A DNA stretch of 64,000 nucleotides from Microbotryum violaceum (lineage: Eukaryota): positions 3,534,001 to 3,598,000 of the forward strand of contig CDLV01000004.1 in NCBI GenBank assembly GCA_001244265.2, read 5' to 3'. The notes beneath the pieces are model-generated. The model had not been told where the DNA came from. It ran no database searches and saw only the letters and a list, made by a program, of their open reading frames with translations. How positions within the stretch are numbered: the first letter of the stretch is position 1; each line of letters starts with the position of its first letter. Positions 1 to 13,275 of the stretch are shown here, piece by piece. The translations under genes were made by a program, and so were the position numbers.

Positions 1-3000
1 CCTCACCCTTTCTTGCAACCTCTGCCGACGTACTGTGCGCTCATACTGGCTGAGTGAACACGGCGCGCTAGTCGTACTCGACCCGAACATAGAGCCTGAG
101 GAACCCCAGCGGTTGCTACCCTTGCGATCAACCGATCGTCTTCTAGCGAAAAAAAAATTGCTTCTTGTGGCCCCCATGCGGTTGTTCCTCGATGACATGG
201 CCGCGACGGAGTCCAAGCGATGGAACCCGATGTATACAGTAAATCGAACCCTCCACGGGCACGCAGGTTGAGCGGCGGCCGTCACTGACACTCCTTTCGT
301 CTGACCCTGGATCCCCGCAGGCATCTATTCAGAACCTAGCCCTTCCCTCTACAGTGCTTCGGCGAAGACATATGCTGCATCACACCGGTGTCACCAACAT
401 CGACGTGGATGCCCTTGATCTCGCCGAAGTTGTGCTTGCCTTGATTTCGTTTGTCACACTCGGTGCGCTCCTCTATCGCTTGGGAGCCCTCACTGATTGC
501 TCGAACTTTTGATACTCGCCTAGAGAAACCATGGAGGACAATCCGATCGAGTGTTACAGCTCAGCGGCAGGTGGTGATGTCATGATTCGCACGCCGATCT
601 TGTACTCCGTACACGACTCGCCGATGGCAGCGGCGTGCTCAGCGAGGGCAGGACGCGGAATGTTCCCATGCATCCGATGTCGATGGGGAGGCTCATGGAA
701 GGAGAGGCTTACAGAGGCTCAGATGGTCTTGTTCTTCAAGGTGCGCCTGCCACTGCCCGTCCCTTCTGGCCGATCTTCGCAGTGGTGCTAATTCGTGATC
801 CTGTGCCTCCGCAGTGTACATGCCAGCTGGATGGCAACACCACACGTGAAGAAGCGCTGCAACAGATCGAAACCTACGCGAGTGGGCTCGCGATGACGAG
901 CGTCAAAGAACAACAGACCTCGACGGGCACCCACGACGCATGGACAAAGCGAACACTGCAGCGCCTCGCCAACTGCTTCAAAAAGGAAATGAAGCACAAG
1001 AGCTTCGGGGTAAAGCCCGAGACCTTAGAGGTGAAAGCCTACAACAACATGGGCCCAACGGCCAAGACGCGCGTAAAGACGGCGAATCAGGCGCGGGCTC
1101 TGGAGGAAGTGGGCAAGTTGAAAGATGAGCTGATAGAACGGGGTGACTACGTTGGGCCTTTCTTCAGCGTACCGCGTAAGTTACGTGCAAGCATTGCTTT
1201 CCTCAAATCAACTGTTCGGTGATGCCGATGGCGACTGACGCGAATGCATGACCCCAGACTTCGATCCGCACGCGCACATGCCGCTTGACGTTCTGCACGT
1301 CTACTACCTGGGTATCGTCAAGTACGCATGGAAAGCCACACTTCAAGTCGACAGCCTGAAGAAAGATCGCCCTGGAAGACTGCATTTGCATGCTTTCCTC
1401 ACCTCATTGTCGTCCGTTGGGCTATCTGGCAACATAGCCGCGTACCATTTCATACATTTCCAAGGGTCACTCGTCGGATATGACTTCGTGGTCTTCGCCC
1501 AAACGATGCCTCTAGTCGCGCAGTTCCTGTTCAAGAAGAAGTTGATGCCGCCAGACCTGAACGAGTGCTGGAGCGCAATTGGTAAACTCGGCCACCACCT
1601 TCACGCTCTAAAGGTGGCAGATCTCGAACGGTATGCCGTGAGTGCTTTGATATACGTGACATCTGGTCATCTGACCTTTGCTGACTTTTTGTTTTATTTT
1701 TTATTTTTATTTTTTCCCTTCACTGCCTGGCAGACCGAATGCGAGAGTCTCGTCAACAACGTTTTGCAGGCATCCATGCGTCGCAGCTTGCCTCACGTGC
1801 TCAACAAACACAATTACCATACCCTTGCCAGCCTGGGGAATACCATTCGAATGTTTGGCCCGCCCCACTCATTTGATGCGTCTCTGGCGGAGTCGGCCAA
1901 CAAAGTCATCCGCCAGCACAACCTACGAACGAACCACCACGATGTCTCCGGCGATATTGCCCGCAAACTTGGAGACACAGAACGTGTGAATTTCATTGCT
2001 CGCGGAGGAACGTGGGAGAAGGATGGCGAACAGGTCAACATCGGTCCTGCAGCGAGGCAGTACATTGAAGAAGATGCTGTGATGCGTGCCTGGCTGTTCC
2101 CTGGCAGCGACCCAACTCAACAAGACTCTCCGACTGGTGAGGAACGAAGTGCTCTGGGTGGGAGGCCTGCCGATCTCGCTGACTGCTGTTGCCACAGCGT
2201 TCGAGATCGCCTTTACGCACGATGCACAAAGCGCAGTTCTATCTACCGCGACTCAGCTCGCCGATACTATCTGCTTCTCCTCGACTGAAACTTCCTTGCC
2301 GAACCTCTCAGAAGATGCTCGATGGCGCAAGGCAAAATTGGCCAAGCTCCCCAATGGGGACTATGTGCATCCGCAGGACTGGTGCTTGTTCAGAAAGGAT
2401 GGGGCCGAAATGGTGCGCGATCTACTTCCTATCCATACGGACTTACTACCGACTATTCTGTATTTCTCTGTGGCTACAGGTACTCGTTGGCCAGGCGACT
2501 GAGCTTCTTGCTAACCTCTGTCCGACCAGCGGACAGTGCAGAGGCCTAGTCGCCTTCACGCTAGGCAGAGTTGGAACTGAGCTGGCGTCGACAGGGTTCC
2601 TTGGAATCGTTCGCAGTCATGTGCAGGTGGTTGTTCCAGTCGAGGTCAGCGCGTCTCGACATTGTGTGAATTGCTTTCATATGCTGACACTTGATATCCC
2701 ACTTGCCTGAGGTATCACTCAGAACGTGGTTGCACTCGCGGTGGTTCAGCACAACTGCGCCCGGTCAAAGTGTCAGATGGTCAGCGCCGAAACCGGTCCA
2801 CCACTCATTCAGCACGTTGATGAGCAGGAGTTCCTGTTAAGCACCATTGCTCATCGCTCCTTCGATGAGCTCGCCAACTTTCGCCCACCCGTCAAGCAGC
2901 CAACGCCGATTGACGCCTTCGTTCGAGCAATTTTGGCATCTAAGGACGCAAAGGAGCTCACGGTCGAAGCGGACAAGATTGACGGAGACGCGGACGACGA

Positions 3001-3245
3001 AAGAGCTGCGGACGGTGGTCCGGCAAGAGAGCGTGGCAAGAGAAGGCGCAAAAGGAACGCACAATCCAGGGTGGGCGCATGTTTTGTCGTCAATATCATG
3101 TGCTCATGTGAGCCCTGGCTCATCTTGCAAGCTTCGGCAGGCTCGATTGGCAAAGATAGAGGAAGATCTTGAGGAGGATCTTATCACTTGCGGAAAGGTA
3201 GGCCTACTCCCTATCCGGGAGTTTCTTTCGTCTACGGACCATTGA
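1..3245 (+). CDS. Basidiomycete EnSpm/Plavaka-like DDE transposase, multi-exon, 5' end outside the window, 3' end approximate
   Basis: Motifs LFLDDMAATESKRWN, HDSPMAAACS...CIRCRWGG, FDPHAHMPLDVLHVYYLGIVKYAW and AESANKVIRQHNLRTNHHDVSGDIA, separated by GT-AG introns (e.g. 239-320). Confidence 0.7.
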
Positions 3246-3296
3246 GCCAGTGACCTCGGTCCCAGACCAAGGAGCTTTTCGACAGATCGGATAGCT

Positions 3297-3362
3297 CGGA
3301 CGCGGCTTCATCCTCCGACAACGACTCGTACGCGGCTTCATCCACCGACAACGACTCGGACG
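3297..3362. repeat. 30-bp tandem duplication
   Basis: ACGCGGCTTCATCC(T/A)CCGACAACGACTCG occurs twice in tandem. Confidence 0.8.
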
Positions 3363-5026
3363 CTCGGAGGGTAAGTTGAACCTGCATAGCTGAGCTTTGT
3401 TTCGCCTGATTATGGAACTGACGTCTCAAGACGTTTGATGTACCTGCCCAGGATGTGCCGTCTCTACGTGGCCAATGTTTTAACGGGGCAATTGATACCA
3501 GGGACGAATCTGACTCAGACTCAGATGAGGGGAAGCAATCTCGTAAGCGGTCCAAACTTCGTCCATTCGAACATGATCCTTGAAGAAGTGTTTTCTATGG
3601 ATTGGTGGCAATAGGGTCCTGCAATGAATTGAAGCTTGGGGGAAACAGCGTTCAAGAGGCGCCGCGATGGTTCGAGCGACATATGTCGTCGGGCACTGCA
3701 CTGCAGGCGTATCTTCAACCCCACCGTCGTGTTGCAGTGGCTGTGAGGGATGAAGCCGTGCACAGGTTCCAACTGTTCATGCCTACAGGAGGATCACAAG
3801 GGTATAATTGCTACAATGGTCTGGTTGGATTTTCCTAGCAATAGTTTACAATGCTCGACTTGCAGAGAGTAGGCCCAGGCGCTCAGGTGGGTCTGTGTGC
3901 GTCAGCTTGGACCAGCTGAGAATCGGGCCTTGTTCTGACTCCTTCCAGTCAGTGCGCCGCGTCGTTCGCGGTATCGCCTAGAATGCCCCCTATCAACGTA
4001 CTGTCGATCGAAGACATTGAGATCGATCCTATCGAGGACGAAAATATCAAGGAATGGTCACACGTCGCCTGCATCGCAACTCCGAAGCTGCTGAATGTCA
4101 AACTACCCGCGACGGACCAATCCGAGATCCTGTTGTCGACAGATGCCCCACAAGCTCCGTCCGAATTCTACTTTGAGACACTCCCGCACCCTCCAAAGCA
4201 AGCTCGCAGACACTTTTTGAATCCAACAATCTCAGCGAAGCCAAGAAGGAAGGATCGCGGTCTCTGGCAGTTGGCCGTTATCGCGTGCCACTCGGCTTCA
4301 AGCGGATCTGGGACAACTTAGACAATGCCAGAGAAGCGCGGAGAAGAATCGAAGACGCGCTCGAGTGGATGAAGAGGGTCGAAAGGAGTGCATAATCGAC
4401 GATTTTTATATCAGCAAGGCCAAGGAAGCACTTTTCAACCTGCCGTGGCACGAGTTACCGGGCGTGGGCAACGAGCTGGGGCATAAGCGACTTGTGAACT
4501 TGCTCAGTAAGTTCACCCTTCTCACTCCCACTCTTGCCACTCTCCTTGTCCCTGTTCTCGCCATGATCTGATGAGCAATGGTCTGATTGCATGCTCTCCT
4601 TTTCCGTTCATCAGGCAATGAATGGGTTGGCGAGACAATCATCAATTTTCTCATCGGGGGCATTATTCACACCCAGCAGCTCGAACACACGACGACCATA
4701 TATGGGCTTATTCCTTCTGATTGCATCTCATACGCAATCTATCGCTAATTTTGCCCGGATCGCACACGCCTGCGAGCGTGACCTCGGCTGATTCGCCTCT
4801 TGACGTCTTACCACCCACTTCCGATCACCCACAGACGTCTTCGCGCTCGAGGCGCTGCCTCCGACATCATGGTAGGTCCTTTTCACCGCTGTGCTTCAAG
4901 ATCACACCCCACGTGCTCGATTCGACCTTTTTTGGCGACGTCCACTCGGCTTGGGTCGACACCGGCTGACCGACACGTCCACTCCAGCGTGCGCCTGCTC
5001 GACGACCCCAAACGACGCAACAGAAG

Positions 5027-7362
5027 GTGGCAGCTCCCAAGACCACGCGTAATTCACGAAAAGACGTGACCAACGAAGACCTAGCCAAGAAGTCCCAAGA
5101 TGAGCCTGCGGACGACACTACCACTACGTCGTACGACATTCCCACCATCGTCACGCCACGACTGGGCGTCCCCAACCCTCACAAGCAGACCTTGACGGCT
5201 GGCACCACTACCGAAAAATTCAGTGCCTCGCTTCTGTTTGAGCCGATTTCTGATGGACAGAGCCCTGTCGCCGATGTCGGCCCATCCGCTCGCCACGCGG
5301 TCTCCACCACCCTCGAACCCGAAGCATCGCATGGCCTCAACCTCGAGGACTCGGTGGTATGTCGCGCAAGCTGAGACTACGACTCTGTGATCTGGTTTAG
5401 TTTCGGCTGACGTCCCGTCGTTTGTCCAAGGTGCAGCGCCAACAGGCTTCCTCAGAAACCGGAACCAAGCGCAAACGTGCCTGGGGAGTTGCCGACGAGG
5501 TCGATGAGGTCAATACAGAACCAGAGGTAAGGGCGATCACAGATACTCGTCTAAAAGCTAAATCTCCCAAGCTAAATCTCCGCCAATCGGGAACGCCTGG
5601 ACGTGCAGAAGTCGATACCAAGCCCGACTCATCTTTACCTCGCTTGTATCTAAGCTCGGAATCCGACGTACGTCCGAGCCCGACCTGCTTCCTCTAGTCT
5701 AGCAGTAAGACGGCACTGACGAAGTATAAACCCGCACAGAGCTCTGAAGCTTTTGGTGACGGGGACGGCTGTGGTAAGGATCGCAACGTACCATCCGAGA
5801 CGGCCTTAGGTGAAGATTGGTCTAGAATTGCCAAGACGAAGGTCGTCTGCTCGGACGTAGACGACGAGCCCGACGACATGTTCGAGGTGCGCTCTTGTGT
5901 GCCTTGAGAGGAATTCGCATCCTGCTGACTGCCATTGCGTCTCCTGTAGGTCTGTACTCGTCAATTGAAAGGCGCACAAGCGCATGGCGACCCATGCAAG
6001 GTGAGCTGTGACCGATGCGATCATCCGCCACGCTTCGCGCCACTGACAAGAGGCATGACCCACTGCTCTCTGGCATCGACCGTCGCTGGCCTGCCAATCT
6101 TACAGTTCTCGACCGAAGAACCCGATGCCAAGAGCCTTGAAGGTCAGCTTGGCCAGATACGACGCGACCTCCAGGCATTACGTGCTATGCTCGAGCCAGT
6201 GATCATGTTCATCAACACGCCAAACATCGACCATCTCAAGGTACGTGTGATCTCCACGCGTGAGGACGCGAAGCATAGATTCAACTGACGAGACGCATTT
6301 CACCACCATTGGCAGAGCCGACTCCCCCCGTGGTAAAGATCTTTGTGGCTACCCCCTTCTTTTACAAGCAATTGGCTTCGGCGGAGTCTTTTGCAGTACG
6401 TGACCTTCATTTCGGTACCAGCGCACGATTGTCTCATACAGGTTTCATCACCCGCAGTTGTTCTTGACGAAAAGCGGCCTCGTCCCGACCGAAGCGTACA
6501 ACAAGAATCTCCCGTTCCGCCACAACCTGCTTTCAAACATTCCGGCTCTGTCGGTGCAGGGTCGTAGTGATCTCCGACATGTGAGCAGACGCCTCGCGTC
6601 TTGTGGTCTCCGAGTGGTCCTGACAAAATTGTAACTCTTCTCAGATCCATAAAGCTCAAAAGGACAAAGCTACTCTAGGCCGTACCATCAATCAATGGTA
6701 CAAAGGCCAACAAGTTGCCGTCACGGAAGGACACGTGACCTGGTGGAGTATACTGGTGCGTATATATGAAGAACACGCCTCCACCCTCGATCCTGACCTG
6801 CGCTTGTAATCACTATACCAGTGGCAGGCGATGAAGGCGCCGAACGTTTCGAACCCCAGCGACTCCAAAGCCAACAGCTTCGCAAACAAGCTCAAGCGCT
6901 ATGGTGACAGCCTCGCCGAAGACGCCGCCGCGAACGCACACCTCGCGGGCGGCTACAAGAGGAATGGGGGGTTCGATCATCAAGCGTGAGCTTCATGCTT
7001 CATGGTGAGATACATGGCATAATCGAATATGCTGACACTTGGTGACTTTTTGGGCGCGTACAAGGTTTCTCTTTGACACAGTCACGGCGAAGATGAAGCG
7101 ACACTCCGGCATCCGGACGGCCCCTCAAAACACACTCGGCGACCACGCGCTACAAGCCGTCTGCTCTGAAGTCATCGAGGATCCGGTGAACAACCTCAGC
7201 TTTTCCAGCCGAGTAGCCGTGAGTGGCGCCCTCAGTCCACCACATGCCGAACTTGGACTGACGAACGATCCCCCGGAGCGAACACAGGACGCAGTCCAGG
7301 AGATGGGTGAAAATTCGGGAAAGGCGAGGAAGAAGAAGAGGACGCAAGACCCCCAAAGATGA
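5027..7362 (+). CDS. Putative accessory multi-exon gene of the CACTA-like element, possibly degenerate
   Basis: A chain of + strand ORF pieces (5027-5374, 5422-5697, 5965-6288, 7039-7362) with GT-AG introns and a Cys-rich segment (CKVSCDRCDH). Exon structure is uncertain. Confidence 0.35.
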
Positions 7363-7866
7363 GGAGCAAATCGAGGACGGGGAACCCTAAGCAACGCGCT
7401 ATCGAACAAACTCTCTGGAGCATTCGACGTGTGCAAGGGGACTCGGGCGCGACTTGGGGTGGAGTCGGGGTGGACCATGGGTGGGGGGCTTTCTGAGGTA
7501 TCGGGGTTTTTCAGACTTGTATCAACATGTTTTTAGTGGTTGCAATGAGTGTTGCTTCGTATGATAAGTCTACAGGAGCTGGAAGAGAGCAATATGTGCC
7601 TACAGCACCTGGTCCAGCATTTACTACAGCGTCCACCTGGTCTCCTTATGAATGCCCTACGTGTACCACATTGCGTCCATGCTTTTACATTAGAGCCACC
7701 CTATCGTCCCATTATGGCTTCCTTCGGGAGTTTATATCAAGCCGCCCTATGGCTGCCGTATGGCTCGCACGTGTTCATGCCCTATGGGCTGGCCATATAT
7801 GGGCCATAGGGCTATTCGCCTAAATGATTAGGAAGGCCGTATGCCGGGGCCATATGGGGCAAAGTG

Positions 7867-7998
7867 CGAGCATCCGACCTGATCCCTCCGCTCACGGTCA
7901 ACGATGATGTTCATTCCGACCCTGATTCGATGCTTGGAGCGGCCAGCGACTACTTCGAGCGGGTCTATGAGGACCGCCCCATCCCACCTTTCTGCTAA
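7867..7998 (+). pseudogene. Short non-LTR retrotransposon ORF2-like fragment
   Basis: LIPPLTVNDDVHSDPDSMLGAASDYFERVY resembles the endonuclease-RT linker of LINE ORF2. Confidence 0.35.
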
Positions 7999-8159
7999 CT
8001 TTATGCCTAATCGGGCCGCAAGCGGGCCTCAAGCGCGCGCGCGCGCCTGAAGTTGGCGAAGTTAGCACTCCCTGGACACCGCCAGCGCCCCGAATCGAAT
8101 TCCGAGTTCCTGCGCTGAGACCCTGCTCCCCTATCTTACCCTTTGCGGAATCATGCCCC

Positions 8160-8806
8160 GCAGGTCAAGTCTCCTTTGGTCGACGTCGCCGCCGGCGTGC
8201 AATTGTAAACGTCGAGACCGGTGCTGTGAGTTGTATCTCCTGTCGTTTCGTTATCAGACTCACGGCATGGAGAAGATTCTGACAACCGCAAAAATTGACG
8301 ATGACTTTACAGTTCCTCGCCATCAACCTCATCAACGGCGTCGGTCTCGCTACCCTTACCAACGAAGTCGCCCTTGTCACCCTCACTGCTGTCGAGCTCG
8401 AAGGCGCTGCTGTTGCTTCAGTCGGCGAGTCAATCCATAGTCCGGCCCTCCTTGCTCAGAGAAGCTTCGGGCTGACCAACGTATCCTGTCTTCCGGTCTT
8501 TTACCCTAGTCATCTCCGCTGGCGCCGACATCACCACTGGTCTTCACCTTACGGGCTTGCTCGATGCCGAGGCTCAAATCCTGATCGGTGTCGGTGGTGT
8601 CGCCGCATCCGAGTCGACCTGCTCTCGTAAGTGCTCCCGACTCCATTCAAGCCAGCCCCGGCTGAACGCTCTCCTCTACAGCCTTCTTCCGTCCCGTTGC
8701 CTGCGGCATCAAGCCCAAGGACAACTCGCAACGCATGGTCAAACGTTCTCTCACCGGTGACATCGTCGGCGCCGCAGCCGAAGTCGTGGTCGACGCCGCC
8801 ATCAAG
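8160..8806 (+). pseudogene. Fragment of a host gene for a hydrophobic, probably secreted protein with a Kex2-type KR site, truncated by an insertion
   Basis: Spliced exons read LAINLINGVGLATLTNEVALVTLTAVELEGAAVASV / ISAGADITTGLHLTGLLDAEAQILIGVGGVAASESTCS / FFRPVACGIKPKDNSQRMVKRSLTGDIVGAAAEVVVDAAIK. The sequence then switches abruptly to repeats. Confidence 0.45.
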
Positions 8807-10902
8807 CATAGCAAAAATCGGGGGTATTTCGGGTATGGCTTTGGGAGTGCGCGCTCTGCCGAGATGATCCCGGCGCCATCCCAGCACCATCCCGGCGCTC
8901 GGCGCTCAATTCTAGGACGATCCCGGCACGCGCTCGCCCTCTTGGGCCCCTCCCAGAATCGGGAAGGAATTTCAGGACGGTCTCAGAATCGAAAGTCGGA
9001 CGCTGGAATGATCTCGGGACGGTCCCGGCGGCGCTAGGTTGCCAGTCCGGGTATGGTTCTGGAACTCTGGTGTAATCGCCCATGGTACTGGGAGTAGGAG
9101 GTAATTCCGGGATGGTGCTGACTGTGTACCAGAATACATAGGCTTCCGGCTAGTTAGAGGCATGATGTAGGGCTTGTATAGCATCTGCAGAAATTCTACC
9201 CCTTGGGTCCAAAGGACGGCTCGGTATGCATGCGCAGTACAGATGAAAGATATGGATTGCAATTGCCGTGAATTACGACGGCCGCAGTTGAGGCGGGATT
9301 GGGTCCAGCATGAGCAGGGGCGAGCCGAGAAGGGAGGTGAAAGGCCGAGACACGACAAGACAGCCGACGCGAGTCGGTCTTAACAGTCCTTGCCTCTGCT
9401 CCACTCACGCGCTCGCTCACCCAGTGGCAAGAGGGTCCCCAGTCATCATCGGTGAGGCGACGTCCGCTGACCCTTACTCACCGGTTAGCCTCGACTCATG
9501 ATGAAGGACTGTTCTTGTCTTCGTACTCTATTGCCCATGGGCATGTTTGGTACGGGCGATTTGATGGTGCGACCGACGGGCCAGGTTCATGGTCGACCTG
9601 ACTCGACTTGACCTCGCCTGCATGCTGCTACTACCCTCACTTGGTTATCCGCCACTCGTCAAACCCACCGGCACGGGTTGAACAACCGAGTCATCAGGTG
9701 AGTAGCAAACGACAAGGTCCTTACGGGCTCCCCGACCCACCGTCCGGAGTGTCGTCACCCTTGTTGTGCACGGTTCTCCTGTCTCAACGGGCGGGACTTC
9801 TCCTGTCTACGCACTCTCGCCCGTTGCCATTCCACTCTTGACTGTACAGTGTGTGGTATGCTTCACTCTCCACCTCTCAAACCTTCGATCCATGACCGCA
9901 ATACTTTGCCTAGCTGACTTGCTCTCTGGTGGGCTTTACGTTCCTTCCCCAGATGGGCCGACTGGCTAGCCCCTGTGCCGATTCGGGTTAGTCTCCCCCT
10001 CTCGTCCCACACCTCCGACCTCGTTTGAAGCTCTTCTTCCCTCCTTTTTTCGCTTCCAGCGTTGCTGATGTTCATGCTGAGATTTGTCAATTCTCCATCT
10101 CTGTCGTAGTTAGATTCGTTTGGACACCATAGTGAGCCTCCTACGCCTCCGCCAGGCTGTTGACGGCTCAAGGCCATACACTGACCATCAACTAGTTTCG
10201 TACCGAACACCAATCATACGAATGCATTTCATGGCCCAACGTGAGTCACCGCCGGTTCATCTTCGAGCCGCTCGGTCGCTTTTCGGCATCAGAGCCTTGA
10301 AGTCAGGGAGGGGCTCAGCTGACTCGCCCGCGGTTCACTGACAATGTCCCCGACAGCTTACCATAGCAGCAGGTCTGGGTCAACCGCTCTTTCTCGGCTA
10401 CTTGCTAGCTATTAGTACTAGAGTCTCGAACATAGAGCAGGCCGTTGACACGCTCTATTGGCCCCGACAGAATGAAGCGTTGGCCGTCATCGGGCGCAGC
10501 CACGACGTCCGGTAGGTGCCTTGTATGCGTGTTTAGAGCAGTTCTGAGTAGCAGATGTCATATTACGTTTTTTGTTTAGCCTTTTACTGTATTGCATGTG
10601 AAAACCGCACCCGATTACAGCGAGAGAACGACTGCAAAAGTGATTACGAATCAAGCATTACGAGTATGCATAAGTAAAAATCAAATTGTTTACTAATCGA
10701 TCCCACAACTATCTTGGCACCATCTTGGGATCATCCCGGGACCCAGGACTATCCCGGCGGCGTCCCAGCACCGTGCCCAGACCGCCGTCAATTCCTGGAC
10801 CATCCCAGGATCCCGGACGGTCCCAGCATTGGTGCGCCTGTCGCGGGGACGGTCCCGGGATGGTCGCAGAGTTAAGGCGCCCAACTCTGGGAGTGCGCCG
10901 TG
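8807..10902. mobile_element. Non-autonomous DNA transposon with subterminal repeat arrays (CACTA-like derivative)
   Basis: Both ends (8820-9110 and 10700-10902) carry related GATCCCGG/GGACGGTCCC repeats and a shared TGGGAGTGCGC. Termini are CATAGC... and ...GCCGTG. No clear TSD. Confidence 0.5.
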
Positions 10903-13275
10903 ATCATGCACGGTCATCTTTTGTCCCAACTCGGAGAAGACTGAGTTTCCTTTTGTTCGAGGGGTTTCTATTGCATAAGGGGCTGTCTGTCAATGGATGC
11001 ACTCCCTGACACCACTTGCGCTCCAGTCCGAGCTTTGAGAAACCTCTTTAGCTCTACAGTAGCGAGATAGTAGCGAGGTGCCATCTCATCGTCCGGGATA
11101 ACGAAACAGCAAACATGCTTTGATATTTAGTACTCCAATTCCATTGCATCAATCACCGCACCCAATGATTCCACAGCGCTGGGCCCTAAGATCAATCTGC
11201 ACCGCTGCCCCTAAAACCCTTGTATACACCTCGTCGAAACCCTCTCCCAAATCCGTCTTGACCTCCTTCAACATGATGCCATCATTTTCCTTCAGTGACC
11301 TCATACACCAAGGTTCAGATTCGGTTGCCCAATCGGCCGTACCGGAACTGTACTGGGTCGCGAGAAAATAGGTCGAGGAAGGGTTGCGCTTGTCTTCGAA
11401 CAGGGAGCCGTTCCACCAAAAGGGACGACCCTCTGTCACGGATCGAACGAAACGGATAGTTAGTGATCAGGTATCGCGTCCTACGTTCAATAGACCTACT
11501 TCGATCGAGATGAAGATAATGCTCGCTACACATCTGAGGGGCTGAGACTCCGTCTGATCCGCTAAAGTAGGTAGGGTGCCCGATGATCGAAGCAAAGGGT
11601 GGATCGAAATAGTCTGTCGGGATGTAAACCAATGTTACATGGTCAGATCATAGTCAATTAGGCTAGCTACATAAGTGAGGGATCTCACAAGGTATTCCCG
11701 CGAGCTCGAAAGCGATCCTGTGCAATCCCGCACCGCTTCAATCAACTCCGACTCAAGGGCCTTTCCTGAACTTGATCGTGCCACACTTACCAACAAGATT
11801 GGTTGTCCCCAAAAGTCCTCTTGTACGTTACTTCATCCCTTATTTGCTTCGTATTGAGCCACCCGACAAAGACCATCCCCAACACGACATCCCGTCTCCC
11901 CTTATCGACGACGACGACACCGGATGCCATCTCCTCCCTCGACGCTCTATCCTCCATCTCGACTTGTTCAACATCGCACTCGGCACACGATTCTTCATCA
12001 CGCCTTCGAACCAAATATGGACCGCATCATCGGTAGGGAACAATTCACGATCTCTGAAGAACAAATACCCGTTTCTCGATAGCCTGGGTCTTGAAGGAGC
12101 ACATTCGGGTCCTGCATGAAGACGACGTCGGCATCGACGAGGATCGTTTCTTTGAAGGGCGAGGCTAATAGAGCGAAAGGCTTGATCGCATAACCGCCAT
12201 CCAAGATACCGACATGGTCTTCGGTTCGACGTCAAGGGGGTCGAACACCTCGACGTCAGGAGAAAGGGATTTCGGGCTTTCGTTGGTTATCCGGGGAGAG
12301 GTCGTCCGGCCCGGCATGGACGATGAGGATGGGCAACGTGGTCAAGTGCACTTTCTTGAGCGTTGTGATGAGGTGCAAGGCGTACTGTGGGTCGAGAGGA
12401 TAACGTTCCAGCCTATTATAAAGTTGTCTGGGCTGGAGAAAATTCTCACTCACCCGAAAGTACCAGTTTGAACAAGGGATCATGATTCCCTTTGGTCGAG
12501 TGAAGGTGTCGATAAGCTGATCGAATGATCTCCTACCTCCTCGGCCTGAGGCGATGTAGGGGAACAATTTGGTGAAGAGCGAATCACGAAGGTCGATTGC
12601 CGAGTTGGTGATCTTGTCTACCTCGTCTTGGGGTAGATGAGGACTGTTGGTGTTCTTGTGAAGCGATCCAAGTCCTGGTGGGACGCATCAAAGCCAGGTG
12701 GGTGAGACCGAACAAGGCGCGAGGAGATGTCTCACATTCACTTACGTGCACGACCTTGACCTGGTCGGCATACACCTCAATCATCTCAGGCCCGATAGAG
12801 TCTACGAGATTGATCGAACGGTGTTGCCGATCAAGTAGCGCTTGGTGCTGCCGCCCGAGCTCGTCCATGCTCGTTGCAACCGGGGTGCCTTTCGCGGATG
12901 AAAATGTCCGCCAGCGTTGTGCTGTCCGAGGATCGTCATAGACCCGGTTCAGGTGGTGGGCGGCAAGGGGCAGCAGATGATAGATTGTGAATGCTATGAG
13001 AATGCTCGGAAACAGATGTCGAAGTCGAAGATATCGGCTGGGTCGAGATGGGGCCGTGCCGAGGGCGCGCAAGGATCCGCATTAGATCAGATCACCGTCA
13101 GATCAGATCAGATCTGATCTGGATTTTTCTGATTCGGCCTTGATTGATCTGATCTTGATCTGATCTGAGACATGAAATTGCCTAATTTGGCACATAAAGA
13201 CTTCTACATGTCTACATGTTGAAATTTTCATCTTCTTCCTCCACAACCTCATCCTCATCATCCTCATCATACTCC

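Larger units (their letters stand above)
1..7866 (+). mobile_element. Right part of a CACTA/EnSpm-like (CAC-ended) fungal DNA transposon
   Basis: Contains a multi-exon transposase. It ends in clustered subterminal repeats (GCCCTATGG/GCCGTATG/GGCCATAT, ~7740-7860) and ...GGGGCAAAGTG at 7866 (reverse complement CACTTTGCCCC). The left end lies outside the window. Confidence 0.6.
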
